A stretch of 59,006 bases of DNA, from IMG/VR virus record IMGVR_UViG_3300032770_001058, positions 1 to 59,006 of that record; one strand, 5' to 3'. A model generated the notes under the pieces. It was given only the letters and a program-made list of their open reading frames with translations. It had not been told where the DNA came from and made no database searches. This document shows positions 27,798 through 37,334 of this stretch, piece after piece. A program made the position numbers and the translations under genes. Every line of letters begins with the position of its first letter. Position 1 is the stretch's first letter. The DNA comes from a virus (Duplodnaviria > Caudoviricetes).

Positions 27798-29084
27798 TTA
27801 GCCGCGGGCGTCGAGCACGATGAACGGCGACAGCGTGTTGGCGCCATTCTTCGGAGTGAGGGGCTTCTTCCACATCGGCTGCCCATCGGTGCGCAGCATG
27901 AAGCGGAATGCCATCTCGCCCGTCAAGAAGGCGACGTGGATCGAGGAGTCGGCGCGCAGGCCGCCCTTCTTGCCTAGGATGTACTGGGCGCAGTCGGCCA
28001 GCACGATATCGCCCTGTGTGCCGAGTGTGGCGCACTGCTCGATAGGGATGACGGGCTTGTTCATCAGCAGCCCGTACTCGTTCCCTCGCGTGCCCGGCGG
28101 GACATAGAGGGGACCGGTGTACAGGATGGCGCCGCTCGGATTCTGCAGTGCCAAAGGATAGAGCTGCGGTTCCACATCCTGGTTGATGAACCAGGCGGCG
28201 GTCGCGCGGCTGCGCGCGAACATCCGGCTGTACATGTTGAGGATGTTCGTAGTGGATACCGTCTTGGCCGCTTGGTTGTTGTCCTTCGCGATGCTCAGGA
28301 CCGCGCCGGAATTCAGGATGCCCAGAGGCATGCCGGCACCGGAGCCGTTCAGGATGGCATCGTCCACTTTGAAGGAGAACTCATCGGGGAACGCCTTCTG
28401 GATGTAGGCTTCCAGCGCCGGACCATCTTCGAGTTGTTCCTCGGTCGCGTAGCACATGCCGATCAGCTTGTGCGCGATGATCTCCATGTTGCGGAACTTC
28501 GGTTTGGTGCCGACATAGTTCTGCGCCTCGGCCTCCCAATAGGCCTGGATGCCGCCCCAGCGCTGCCCGTCCGCACGGCTGTCTTCATCGACCGCATTCA
28601 TCAGAAGGCGATTCGAAGTCATCGGCTGCTGGTAGCAACGCGATGCCAGGGCGCCCACGTCGTAAGTGCGCTGGATGATGTCGGCTGAGAATTCGGGAGC
28701 GACTAGGAATCCGCCCTCAGCGGGTACGGACTCATTCGCGCCTAACGCGGCCAGCAGGCGCGGATCGGTCATACGGCCCTGAGTGCGGTAGTGCGCTGCA
28801 ACCGCCGTCAGTTGCTCGCCGAGCGAGGCCCACGGTTTCTTGCCCGCTTCCGGGAGATCGGCGCTCGCAGTGGACGCGGCGGGAGCCTTGCGCTCCTGCT
28901 CTTCGAGGAACTCGCTGTTGGCGATGTCCTGGTTGAGCTGTTCGACTTCGACGCGGAGCGCCTGAAACGTAGTGCGCTCCTCGTCCGTCAGAGGCCGCCT
29001 GCCGTTGGCGCTGGCTGCCGTCTGAATGGCTTTCATGGCGTCAAGCTTGGTAGCTTTCGCCTGGAGTAACTGCTTCTTGTTCAT
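27798..29084 (-). CDS. Major capsid protein, HK97 fold
   Basis: N-terminal coiled-coil delta domain, GGFLVAPEF, AYWEAE, TEEQLED, ILNGSG...PLGIL, FRF..R.DG.P. Confidence 0.92.
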   Translation of the reverse strand: MNKKQLLQAKATKLDAMKAIQTAASANGRRPLTDEERTTFQALRVEVEQLNQDIANSEFLEEQERKAPAASTASADLPEAGKKPWASLGEQLTAVAAHYRTQGRMTDPRLLAALGANESVPAEGGFLVAPEFSADIIQRTYDVGALASRCYQQPMTSNRLLMNAVDEDSRADGQRWGGIQAYWEAEAQNYVGTKPKFRNMEIIAHKLIGMCYATEEQLEDGPALEAYIQKAFPDEFSFKVDDAILNGSGAGMPLGILNSGAVLSIAKDNNQAAKTVSTTNILNMYSRMFARSRATAAWFINQDVEPQLYPLALQNPSGAILYTGPLYVPPGTRGNEYGLLMNKPVIPIEQCATLGTQGDIVLADCAQYILGKKGGLRADSSIHVAFLTGEMAFRFMLRTDGQPMWKKPLTPKNGANTLSPFIVLDARG

Positions 29085-29192
29085 GGATGAAGTTCCTTTT
29101 GCGATAAGGGCGAGAGGGTGGATGTGATAAAGCGAAGGCGTTAGTGCAGGTCTCGACGGAGCTGCTTCACGCCGGGGCGATGGGCTTCGGCC

Positions 29193-29507
29193 CTAAACTT
29201 TGTGCTTGCGCCGGAAATCGGCGGCTGCTAGTGGACAGCGGGGACAAACCTCTTCCAGCGAGCGCGGCTCGATCTGGAGAATCCCACGCTGATAGCAGAT
29301 GGCGACCGCATGGGCGCGATTGGACGCGCCCAGAAAGTCATACAGGTTGCGGACCGCGTTCTTGATCACCTGGTTGCTGGTCGCGAATTCCTTCGCGATA
29401 TCACCGTTTTCGAAGCCTTCGGCGATGCGCGTCAGGATCCGCACCGCGTCAGCGGACAAAGTCAGCCGCTGCGGGTTCACGCGACCCGATTCGAGCCAGA
29501 GTTTCAT
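29193..29507 (-). CDS. LuxR-type HTH protein
   Basis: LS....RIL..IAEG..N..IA.......V.N.V.N.Y..LG..NR..AV....RGIL; C-terminal CxxC. Confidence 0.7.
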   Translation of the reverse strand: MKLWLESGRVNPQRLTLSADAVRILTRIAEGFENGDIAKEFATSNQVIKNAVRNLYDFLGASNRAHAVAICYQRGILQIEPRSLEEVCPRCPLAAADFRRKHKV

Positions 29508-29513
29508 AGGAAT

Positions 29514-30584
29514 TTAGGAAAGCTGTGCGATGATGAGCTCGCGGTTCAGCGACTCGGCTTCTTCGGCCCCCTGGTTCACGTCGTGTACCAGGTCTTCGCT
29601 TTCTTCAGTGTCGATGGGCGCTGCCGGGACATCGATGGCGTCCGGCTCCGGCTGCTGACCTTGCGGATCACCCATGAATCGTTCAGCGACCGGCGTAGCA
29701 AGCTGGGCTTCCGCCTGAGCCGAAGTCGAGCGGGAGACGCCGAAGCCGGCCAGCACTTCATCCAGAGTCGCAATGCGGTCCACCATGCCGAGCTTTACCG
29801 CCTGCTGCGCGGTAACGGCACGGCCTTCACCAAACCCGTTCCGCACATCTTCGACCTTCGCATTGCGGCCGCGCGCGACCGCGCGGGTGAACATGGAGTA
29901 ATACTCATTGACCCTGTTCTGCATTGCCTGGCGCGCTTCCTCACTCAGCGGCTCGGCGGGATTGCGCTCGACCTTGTATTTCCCGGCCGCGATGAAAGTC
30001 ATCTTCTCGCCCGCCATCTCCAGCGCCTTCGAAAGGTCCTGATGGACGTCGTAGATGCCGATGGAGCCGACCATGCCGGAAGGCGTACACACAAACTCGG
30101 TTGCCGAGCAGCCAATCCAGTACGCAGCCGAAGCGCACAGCGTATCGGCAATCGCGGTGATGGGCTTCTTCCCGCGTGCTCTGTAGATTTCGTCGGCCAG
30201 CTCCGCAACGCCATCGACGGGCCCTCCCGGACTATCGATGTCCAGGACGATCGCGCTGACGGCGGGATTGGCTAGCGCCGCGCGCAGTTGCTTGGCGATC
30301 GACTCGCAGGAAGTTCCGCCCGAATACTCGCTGAACAGGTCGGCGCGATGGCAAACTGTGCCGTAGATCGGGATGACGGTGACGGCTCCAGTCCCGCCCG
30401 TCACCGATTTCGCACGCGCCTGCATCGCCGCGTTCTGGGCGCGCAACTCGGCGAGGACTTCCGCCGAGGTAAAGCCGCCCGAGGCTTTCACCTCCAGGAA
30501 GGCGAGAATGGCGTCCAGCTTTTCAAGCTGGATGGCCCACGGCTGGGCGTAGACGGCGCGCAGAATGCGCTCATAGATTTTCAT
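29514..30584 (-). CDS. Prohead protease, S49 (SppA-like) family
   Basis: IVLDIDSPGG, CASAAYWIG, GSIG, AGKYK, FTRAVARGR, GMVDRI. Confidence 0.9.
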   Translation of the reverse strand: MKIYERILRAVYAQPWAIQLEKLDAILAFLEVKASGGFTSAEVLAELRAQNAAMQARAKSVTGGTGAVTVIPIYGTVCHRADLFSEYSGGTSCESIAKQLRAALANPAVSAIVLDIDSPGGPVDGVAELADEIYRARGKKPITAIADTLCASAAYWIGCSATEFVCTPSGMVGSIGIYDVHQDLSKALEMAGEKMTFIAAGKYKVERNPAEPLSEEARQAMQNRVNEYYSMFTRAVARGRNAKVEDVRNGFGEGRAVTAQQAVKLGMVDRIATLDEVLAGFGVSRSTSAQAEAQLATPVAERFMGDPQGQQPEPDAIDVPAAPIDTEESEDLVHDVNQGAEEAESLNRELIIAQLS

Positions 30585-30596
30585 TGTGAGACCCGC

Positions 30597-30617
30597 TGTC
30601 AGTTGTCAGTTGTCAGT
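30597..30617. repeat. Heptamer tandem repeat (TGTCAGT)x3
   Basis: Three exact copies at the portal/protease junction. Confidence 0.7.
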
Positions 30618-32238
30618 TAGTGGTTGAGGAGGGCAGGGCATGGAGCGCTGCCATGGCCGCGAGTTCCCGGGCACCAGCGTCGGCCCACTTTTGCGCGACC
30701 AGATTGCGGTCAGCGACAGTGGCGAGTTCCAGCAGGCGCTCGGTGCAGAATTGCCGCGCGCGGCCGGGCGAGATGCGGAGCACGGCGGCGAGGAAGCCAG
30801 CATGCTTCTCGTAAAAGGCTTCGTAGTCCTGGGGCGGAGCCTGGCGCTGCGCCAGCTTGCGAACCGCTTCCAGCTCTTTGCGGAGACAGCGCTCGGCGTT
30901 TGACAGCAACAGCAGGCGATAGCGCTTGTTTGCATCCGCTGCCAGCGCCTGCTCGCCGGCACTGTTGCCGGGATCGCTCTGGGTCGGGTCAACTTCGTTT
31001 TCGCCCGGTAGCAGCGGCTGAACCGTCGCGCCCAGCTCGGCCCAATTCGCGGGACGCCAATACTTGTCGCCGTCGGCAATCGGGTTCAGGCCTTCCATTA
31101 CGCGCACATCGTTCTGACTCAGCCAGCCGTTCTGGATCGCGATCTGGTAGGCGCCATAGCGCGCGGCCGTATCGCCGCGCATCAACGCCGCCATCGAGAA
31201 TTTCGCGATGTAGCGGTCATCCTGGATGAGGTCACGGTGCAGCGTCTGCTCCCAATTCACGAGCCGCGGCCACAGGCACTCGGTGGCGAACATGATGTTG
31301 AACTGCTCCACGGACGCATAGGTTGCGGTCTTCTCGGTTTCGCCGATAAGGTGGGGCGGCACGCCGAACATGGAGCAGATTTCTATACGGCTGAACTTGC
31401 GCGCGTCGAGCAGTTGCGCGTCGCTGGGCTTGATGCCGATCTCCTTGTAGGTCAGCCCATGCGGCAGGACCGCAATCTTGTGACGATTGCGGCCCGACTG
31501 CGATTCCTGCCAGTCATCGCGGAAGGCGTTCTTATCGATCTTGTTTTTAAAGTTGGCGCCTTCGATGATGCCGCCCGGGCGCGCATCGTTGGCGAAGAAT
31601 CGCGCGGAGTATTCCTGCGCGGCCAGGGCCACGCCGAACACATCGGCACCCAGCGATACCGTGCTTTGACCGACATAGCTGTCATCCGACCAGTTGCGCA
31701 AGTGAAAGACTTCTTCCTGCAACAGCACGCGCATTTGGTTGGTGAGCGGGTCGTTGTACCTGTAGCGCAGTCGGCCGTCGCGCATGATCTCAACCGTTAC
31801 CTTGTCGGGATGGAGTGGAAGCAGTTGAATGGGCCAGCCTCGGCCGTCGAGGATGATCTCGGAATAGGCGTTGCCGCGCAGTTCGAGATGGCCCTGCATC
31901 ATCTGGCGCCACTCGAAGGAAGTCTGCTTTGAGTTGGGCCGGGTGGCGATGAGCTGGTGGATGGGATGTTTGGGCGCAAGATCCTTGCCGCCGTCGTCGA
32001 ACTCGCGATAAATGCCGAGCGGGAACGAAGCGACCAGCTTTCCGATGACGCTGACGCAGGCATACACGCAGGCGATGCGTTTGACCGTCTCCGCAGTGAT
32101 GCGGATGCCCGTCGATGAGCCTGCGCCCACCGTGTAGTACCAATAGTCATCCCAGGGCGCGGGCGCTCCGGACGATCCGCCTTCAGCGTCGGCACGCAGG
32201 CGGGACATGCCCTCAAGAACAGACTGAACTAGGCCCAT
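30613..32238 (-). CDS. Portal protein, HK97 family
   Basis: VYACV..I, RPN..QT, L.GNAY, L.PLHP, FFAN.ARP.G, FGVPPHLIG, GW...N.VR..EGL.P...GD. Confidence 0.92.
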   Translation of the reverse strand: MGLVQSVLEGMSRLRADAEGGSSGAPAPWDDYWYYTVGAGSSTGIRITAETVKRIACVYACVSVIGKLVASFPLGIYREFDDGGKDLAPKHPIHQLIATRPNSKQTSFEWRQMMQGHLELRGNAYSEIILDGRGWPIQLLPLHPDKVTVEIMRDGRLRYRYNDPLTNQMRVLLQEEVFHLRNWSDDSYVGQSTVSLGADVFGVALAAQEYSARFFANDARPGGIIEGANFKNKIDKNAFRDDWQESQSGRNRHKIAVLPHGLTYKEIGIKPSDAQLLDARKFSRIEICSMFGVPPHLIGETEKTATYASVEQFNIMFATECLWPRLVNWEQTLHRDLIQDDRYIAKFSMAALMRGDTAARYGAYQIAIQNGWLSQNDVRVMEGLNPIADGDKYWRPANWAELGATVQPLLPGENEVDPTQSDPGNSAGEQALAADANKRYRLLLLSNAERCLRKELEAVRKLAQRQAPPQDYEAFYEKHAGFLAAVLRISPGRARQFCTERLLELATVADRNLVAQKWADAGARELAAMAALHALPSSTTN

Positions 32239-32394
32239 ATGGACTAATCTCTTTAACAGCCAAGACTTGAAGTCTCCGATGAGGTTTTGGTACCGTCAGG
32301 CAGGCTCGGCAGGGGTTTTGAGTGTAATCGCCTGACTACGCCAATCATCTCAATGTCACCGACAAATGGAGCATCCTACGGTTATCGTAGTGTC

Positions 32395-33063
32395 ATGAAA
32401 TTGATGAGGCTCTGCGCAACACTTCTCGTAGGCACGGCCATGCTCTCCCTGGCATCGACAGCCCAGACAAGAAACGGGGCCACGTCTCCCGAACTCCAAC
32501 CAAAGGAAAGCAAATCGCCCAGACCGGGAGCTTTCATCGTCGAGTACTGTGTCGCCGAGGCCGCTACGAACTCGGGTTACGAAAGTGGTCCGCTTCAGAT
32601 TGTTTACAGCGACGAAAGCCGATTTGTTGAAGCGCTTCCGCCTAAGAAGGAAGGTGCAAGGAATCAGGAAGGAATCTCCTACCCTCAACTAGCCGAGGAT
32701 CGGCAAACGATTGGTTGGCTCGAAGATTACGACAACTGTTGTACTTCGTATGCAATTTCCCTCTCTCTTGTGGTGTTTCGGTCTGGATCGATCATCCAAC
32801 GGATCTGGCCGGGACAAATGATCTGGCAATGGATGTTTTTCGACGACGGCAAGTACGTAGGCGTAATATCAGGACCGACGCACGGAACGGACATAGGCGA
32901 ATACAAACTTTACAGCGTTAAAACGGGCCGCCTTGTCGCGGAGGCTAACACCAATGCACAACTGCCAGCGCTGAAAGCCGATGCGCCAGCATGGGCGAAG
33001 AAATTAGACCAGAAGTTAGATCAGCCATCTCGAGCAGACGTAACCCCGCCATGCAAGAACTAG
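32395..33063 (+). CDS. Moron, secreted/periplasmic hypothetical protein
   Basis: Signal-peptide-like MKLMRLCATLLVGTAMLSLASTA; antisense to the head operon. Confidence 0.55.
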   Translation: MKLMRLCATLLVGTAMLSLASTAQTRNGATSPELQPKESKSPRPGAFIVEYCVAEAATNSGYESGPLQIVYSDESRFVEALPPKKEGARNQEGISYPQLAEDRQTIGWLEDYDNCCTSYAISLSLVVFRSGSIIQRIWPGQMIWQWMFFDDGKYVGVISGPTHGTDIGEYKLYSVKTGRLVAEANTNAQLPALKADAPAWAKKLDQKLDQPSRADVTPPCKN

Positions 33064-33153
33064 CTGTCTCGAAATCGCCAAAGCGCTCATTGAGTCTGTA
33101 GCCGACAAAAGGGGCCTTGTTCACAACAGCCCGCAGGATTCCAACTCAAGCTA

Positions 33154-33354
33154 TTACGATAAATCGCTGGGCGGCGTCGGAGGATTTCGCCGTGCTGCAC
33201 CCAACAGTAGCGCAAGCCGAATCAGGCCCGCGCCCGCGACAATCGACGCGACGGCGTGGGAGAAGTGGGCGACGCCGGTGACGATGGAAATGCCGCCGAT
33301 GACGAGCAGAATGTCGGGAACCTCTGGCAGCAGGAGGTTCAGTAATTTCTTCAT
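33154..33354 (-). CDS. Small two-TM protein between terL and portal
   Basis: Hydrophobic 66-aa ORF overlapping the terL stop. Confidence 0.6.
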   Translation of the reverse strand: MKKLLNLLLPEVPDILLVIGGISIVTGVAHFSHAVASIVAGAGLIRLALLLGAARRNPPTPPSDLS

Positions 33355-35015
33355 ACCGTGATGACTTCCGGAGTGGTGTAAGGGTCGGCGGGCGTTGCGA
33401 TGAGACGGCTGTTGGCAATGACGGCCGCTACTATGCCGTCGATTTTCTTGAGCCGGTCTTTCGGTTTTATGGGCCGAATGTTGCCGTTGTTATCGCGCAG
33501 AATCGCGACGTTTTCCATCATCCACCGCGCGACCTTATCGCCGTTGTGCCGGAGCTGGATTCCCAGCACCTTGGCTTCTAAGTCTTTCGCCGCTTCGCTC
33601 AGATGACGGAAGTTCTGCGGGACCTCGACCATGGTGATACCCGCTTCGGCGAGTTGAGTCGCCAAATGCAGCGCGTTCCACGGGTCGAAGCCGATTTGCA
33701 GGATGTTGAACCGCTGCGCGAGCTCCTTGATGTCGTCCCGAATGATGGCGTAATTCGAGACGTTGCCGGGCGTGGCTTCCAGCAGCTCGGCCTTCACCCA
33801 GGCGTCGTACTTGTGATCACCGGCCTCGCGGCGCTTCTCGACCGTATCTTCGGGCAGCCAGAAGCGGAACAGGACCGTCATCGGCTCGCCTTCGAAGGGC
33901 GGGAAGATCAGGGCAAAAGCATTCAGGTCGCTCTTTTCCGAAACGTCCAGGCCGCCGACGCAATCGCGGCCCTCCAGCTTGACTACATCGAACTCGGATC
34001 GGCAGGCGTCCCAATCTTCAATCGGGATCCAGCGTTCGGCCTGCTGCGTCCAGCGGTTGAGATGCTTGCAGAGAAAATTGTTGAGCGCAGCGGCATTGCG
34101 GCGCGCGCGCTTCGCCTTGTCGCGCAGGTCATCGAGGAAGCAGGAAACGCCCAGGTTCGGATTCGCCTTGATCCACACCGATTCGTCTTGCCAGTCATCC
34201 TGGTCATCGAGCGCTGCGATGAAGGCGAACCAGGCATCGTCCTCGATGTCGATATCAGGGTCGAGAACGTCGATGCAGTAGCCGCGCAGCTCGTAGCAGA
34301 TGCCCTCGGTATTGAAACCGGCCGTCGTAATCGCGGCGATCAGCGGCTGAGTGCGTGCGCCGGTCGCGGTGTCGATCACGTCCCACACCGCGCGCGTCGG
34401 GTGCGCATGCAGCTCATCGACGCCGGCAGCGTGAATGTTCAGCCCGTCCAGCGACTTCTCATCGCGGCTTAACGGCTCGAACTTCGAATCGCTCGACGGA
34501 ATGTGTAGGTTGCTGCGATAGCTCTGAACGAAGGCACGCAGCTCCGGCGAGCTGTGGACCATCCGCTTGGCTTCGTTGAAGACAATCCGGGCCTGATCTT
34601 TCTTGGTCGCCGCGGAATAGACTTCCGCGCCACGCTCGCCGTCGAGCGCGAACAGGATAATGAGGATGGCGGCGAGGAACGTGGATTTCCCGTTCTTGCG
34701 TGCGATCTCGATGTATGCGCGGCGAAAGCGGCGCGTGCCGTCCTCTCGCTTCCAACCGAACAGGCACCAGACGATGAATTGCTGCCAGGGCGATAGTTCG
34801 AAGACCTGCCCGGCCCATTTGCCCTTCGAATGGTGGAAGAACTGGAAACAGTCGATGGCGAACTGCGCATCGGCATCGTCGAACCATAGCCCACGCTCGG
34901 CTCCAGTCTCGAGATCACGGATGTGGCGCTGGACCGCGCGCCGTACGTGCTTACCGACGAGGACACTGCCGGCCAGGACATCAGCAACATATTGTTCGGC
35001 GGGATGCGGCGACAC
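33351..35015 (-). CDS. terL: Terminase large subunit
   Basis: L.PWQ.F, IARKNGKS, YSAATKKDQA, DELHAH, ITTAG, GGLD.S...D, FDPWNA, KIDG.VA. Confidence 0.95.
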   Translation of the reverse strand: MSPHPAEQYVADVLAGSVLVGKHVRRAVQRHIRDLETGAERGLWFDDADAQFAIDCFQFFHHSKGKWAGQVFELSPWQQFIVWCLFGWKREDGTRRFRRAYIEIARKNGKSTFLAAILIILFALDGERGAEVYSAATKKDQARIVFNEAKRMVHSSPELRAFVQSYRSNLHIPSSDSKFEPLSRDEKSLDGLNIHAAGVDELHAHPTRAVWDVIDTATGARTQPLIAAITTAGFNTEGICYELRGYCIDVLDPDIDIEDDAWFAFIAALDDQDDWQDESVWIKANPNLGVSCFLDDLRDKAKRARRNAAALNNFLCKHLNRWTQQAERWIPIEDWDACRSEFDVVKLEGRDCVGGLDVSEKSDLNAFALIFPPFEGEPMTVLFRFWLPEDTVEKRREAGDHKYDAWVKAELLEATPGNVSNYAIIRDDIKELAQRFNILQIGFDPWNALHLATQLAEAGITMVEVPQNFRHLSEAAKDLEAKVLGIQLRHNGDKVARWMMENVAILRDNNGNIRPIKPKDRLKKIDGIVAAVIANSRLIATPADPYTTPEVITV

Positions 35016-35018
35016 ACG

Positions 35019-35537
35019 TTAGTTGACACTCGAAGGCTGCGGGTGGTCGGCTAGGCGCCGCTGCTCGCGCGCCCGCAACATCTTCTGCAGTGGCGACGAT
35101 CCGCCGCCTTCGGGATCAGAGCCCTTGATGCGGGAGCGCGAGCTTGGCGTCATGCCGAACTCGACCAGGAATTTGCGCATCTGGTCGATGGCTCGCTCGG
35201 CGATGCGCAGGTACGGATTCACCAGGGGCAGGCCTTTCGGGGTCTTAATCACCGCTCCGAAACGCTGGATGTTGGCCTCGGCTTCGACCCAGCGACCCCA
35301 GGCCTGACAGTACGCGGCCAACGCCGCACGATCGACGATCGTGAGCAGGTTCAGCCGGTGCAGTTCCAGTGAGATGCGGCGCCACTCTTTCCGCGCATTC
35401 TCGTCCAGGTGCTTCGGACATTTGGGGATGATCTTGGGCGGTTGCGGCTCATCCAGATTCAGCGGTCGCTTGCCAGGATTACCAGTGAGTTCCTTGATCG
35501 CCGTCGGTAAGGGTCTACGGCCGCGCATATTTGGCAC
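35019..35537 (-). CDS. terS: Terminase small subunit, P27 family
   Basis: GR.P.PT..K.L.GNPGKR.LN, P..L...A..EW, D...L..YC, NP, EFG.TPSSRSRI. Start 35537 (GTG) or 35528 (ATG). Confidence 0.92.
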   Translation of the reverse strand: MPNMRGRRPLPTAIKELTGNPGKRPLNLDEPQPPKIIPKCPKHLDENARKEWRRISLELHRLNLLTIVDRAALAAYCQAWGRWVEAEANIQRFGAVIKTPKGLPLVNPYLRIAERAIDQMRKFLVEFGMTPSSRSRIKGSDPEGGGSSPLQKMLRAREQRRLADHPQPSSVN

Positions 35538-35562
35538 GTCAAATCAATGTCAGCGCGATATC
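35535..35562. promoter_or_regulatory. 11-bp-phased GATATC-like repeat, site 5
   Basis: Minus strand reads GATATC gcgct GACATT gattt GACGTG at the terS start. Confidence 0.35.
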
Positions 35563-35564
35563 GC

Positions 35565-36440
35565 CTAGAGAGATGCAGGATTGGCATCCGACCATGTCCT
35601 CAGTTTCTCTGTCGTGCTCAGCGCGTATGGGAATGAGTGCAAAAGCAACCGTACCGACGAGGCAGATACGTTTGCATTCATCGGGTGAACTGCATCATTG
35701 CGTTGCGTACGGATTGCTTCAAAGAGTGACACCAGGTGAAGGGTAGCGCCTTCTGAGGCCGAGTAGGGAATCGGTGCGGGGTTACCGGAGGAAAAGTCTT
35801 CAATCGTCTTCTTCACACAATCCAAAAGTGAGAAGAGTTGCCGCTTGTTCAGCGCCGCTTCCAGTGTGGAGCGTCGGCGTGACGGTCTTAGCGCGTTCAC
35901 CAGAGATGCTGCGAGCAAATAGATCGCCTTCTCTGAGGCAGCTCCCACCATCACCGCCGCCGCAAAATATGCCTCACGGTTGAACGCCGTTAGAGCTTCC
36001 AAAATGTATTGCTCGATGACACCGTCTAGTGTGGGAACATGTTCTCTCAGAAACTTCATGTAACCTGTCACCTCTTCAGGGATAGGTTCGGCCCCTTTAA
36101 TCCATTGCAAGCCACGTTCCGTCCAGCAGTACCATTCCGAGCGCGAGAAATTTAAATAGTCACCGGTCGGTTTTGGGTAAACATACCCGGCATTTAATAA
36201 ATAGAAGAGCCCTTCGTGGGCAGCTTTCTGCAGATCTTCTGGGGCCTGTTCGTACAAATATTGTCGACCTGGATAGTGCTGGTGTGGCGAGGGCTTGATA
36301 ACGCCCGGATCATTGATGGCTTCCAACTTTCGCCAGAGACGTTGGAAAAATATCTTAGAGCTAAGTTCGCCCATCTGTTCACTGAATGATGCGCGGACTA
36401 ATTGAAGGACCCGTTCCACACTGTAGTCTGCTTTGCTCAT
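35565..36440 (-). CDS. HEPN/DUF4145-like protein, possible abortive-infection effector
   Basis: EAL.AF...AY.AAAVM.GAA.E and RNDAVHP (R-x4-H); AT-richer. Start taken at MSKADY. Confidence 0.55.
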   Translation of the reverse strand: MSKADYSVERVLQLVRASFSEQMGELSSKIFFQRLWRKLEAINDPGVIKPSPHQHYPGRQYLYEQAPEDLQKAAHEGLFYLLNAGYVYPKPTGDYLNFSRSEWYCWTERGLQWIKGAEPIPEEVTGYMKFLREHVPTLDGVIEQYILEALTAFNREAYFAAAVMVGAASEKAIYLLAASLVNALRPSRRRSTLEAALNKRQLFSLLDCVKKTIEDFSSGNPAPIPYSASEGATLHLVSLFEAIRTQRNDAVHPMNANVSASSVRLLLHSFPYALSTTEKLRTWSDANPASL

Positions 36441-36633
36441 GACGCTATTTCTTTCGTTCGGTTCCGCCCAGTTTAGCTCCCATGTTCGCGTTGCAGCCAC
36501 CATGACCGCCACCGAACAGGCGTTCGGCCCAGCGAACAGGCGTTCGAAAACGTCTCCCGAAAACCCGCGCCGCGCGTGGATTGTCTTTTGGGACAACAGC
36601 CGAAAACGCATACAAACGCTGAGAAAAAAGGGA

Positions 36634-36663
36634 TTGCGCGGCCTGCCGCCGGAGTCCCAGAAT
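36634..36663 (+). promoter_or_regulatory. Candidate sigma-70 promoter of the ribozyme operon
   Basis: TTGCGC-N18-CAGAAT with an A tract upstream. Confidence 0.35.
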
Positions 36664-36669
36664 TCCCGC

Positions 36670-37235
36670 AGTTGTTTGGCTGTTTGGCAAGCGGCAACCA
36701 ACCGCAGGAGAACGGGAAGTGCGGCAGACGCGACGAAACCGAAGCGGCAACCAACCGCAGGAGAGCCGCACTTCCCACCTACCTTGTGCCGCTGGCCACG
36801 GCGACCGTTCGAATCCCACAAACGGCGAAAGCACAGTTGCAACGCGCATCCTGTTCCGCTGGCCTTCGGGCCGGAACGGTAGCGATGCCTGCGCTGCGCC
36901 CTCGCCGCGCGTGTTCTGGCGAACGGTCGGGCTAAGGCTTTCACCAGTCGCTCTCGTCGCGGCGAATGCGGGCTGCGGCCATATCCGGCAGGCTGTACCT
37001 TCCCAAATCGCGTAGCAGGTGCCGATAACCCTGCGAACCCTAGCCTGAGGAACGGCTAGTCGGGACAACTCGAATCCCGGAAATCTCGGAGCGCGGCAAT
37101 CGCCACGATACGGCGCAGTTCAAGAGTTCCGCCCATGGCGGAATCGCCTACAAGGTCGCGGCGCAGTCAAAGAAGCGGCGCGCTAACGGTCATACCGACG
37201 AGACTAAGTGAGAAGAGCGCAAGCGACAAAAAACC
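36670..37235 (+). ncRNA. Putative large structured RNA or 5' leader
   Basis: No convincing ORF; dense helices including 36714-25/36765-76 (12 bp), a C-UUCG-G hairpin at 36861-72, 37040-45/37054-59, 37061-65/37075-79, 37127-33/37137-43 and long-range 36952-59/37196-203. Confidence 0.5.
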
Positions 37236-37236
37236 T

Positions 37237-37302
37237 TCCCGATACTGCCTGATGAGAACGGGACGAAACCGGCCCACATGACAGTGTGGGCACGGTCGCA
37301 GT
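37237..37302 (+). ncRNA. Hammerhead ribozyme HH1 (type I, pseudoknot); predicted cleavage after C37297
   Basis: Stem I ACTGC/GCAGT, core CTGATGA, G-aacggga-C, GAAA, extended stem III, GTC triplet; loop CGGGA is complementary to upstream TCCCG. Confidence 0.9.
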
Positions 37303-37334
37303 TAAGCCGCAACCAGCGGCAGGAGAATTCCGCG

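Noticed and set aside
36727-36745. GACGAAACCG as a sixth hammerhead
   Set aside because: Matches the GAAA half only; no CUGANGA upstream and no stem III/GUC partner.
36689-36764. AGGAG repeats as a CsrB/RsmZ-type sponge
   Set aside because: The GGA lies 3' of the stem rather than in the loop, and there are only two ORF-less copies.
36433-37068. Several overlapping ORFs and the long N-terminal extension of 35565-36944
   Set aside because: Low-complexity Arg/Pro/Ala translations typical of GC-rich non-coding DNA; the region is better explained as structured RNA.
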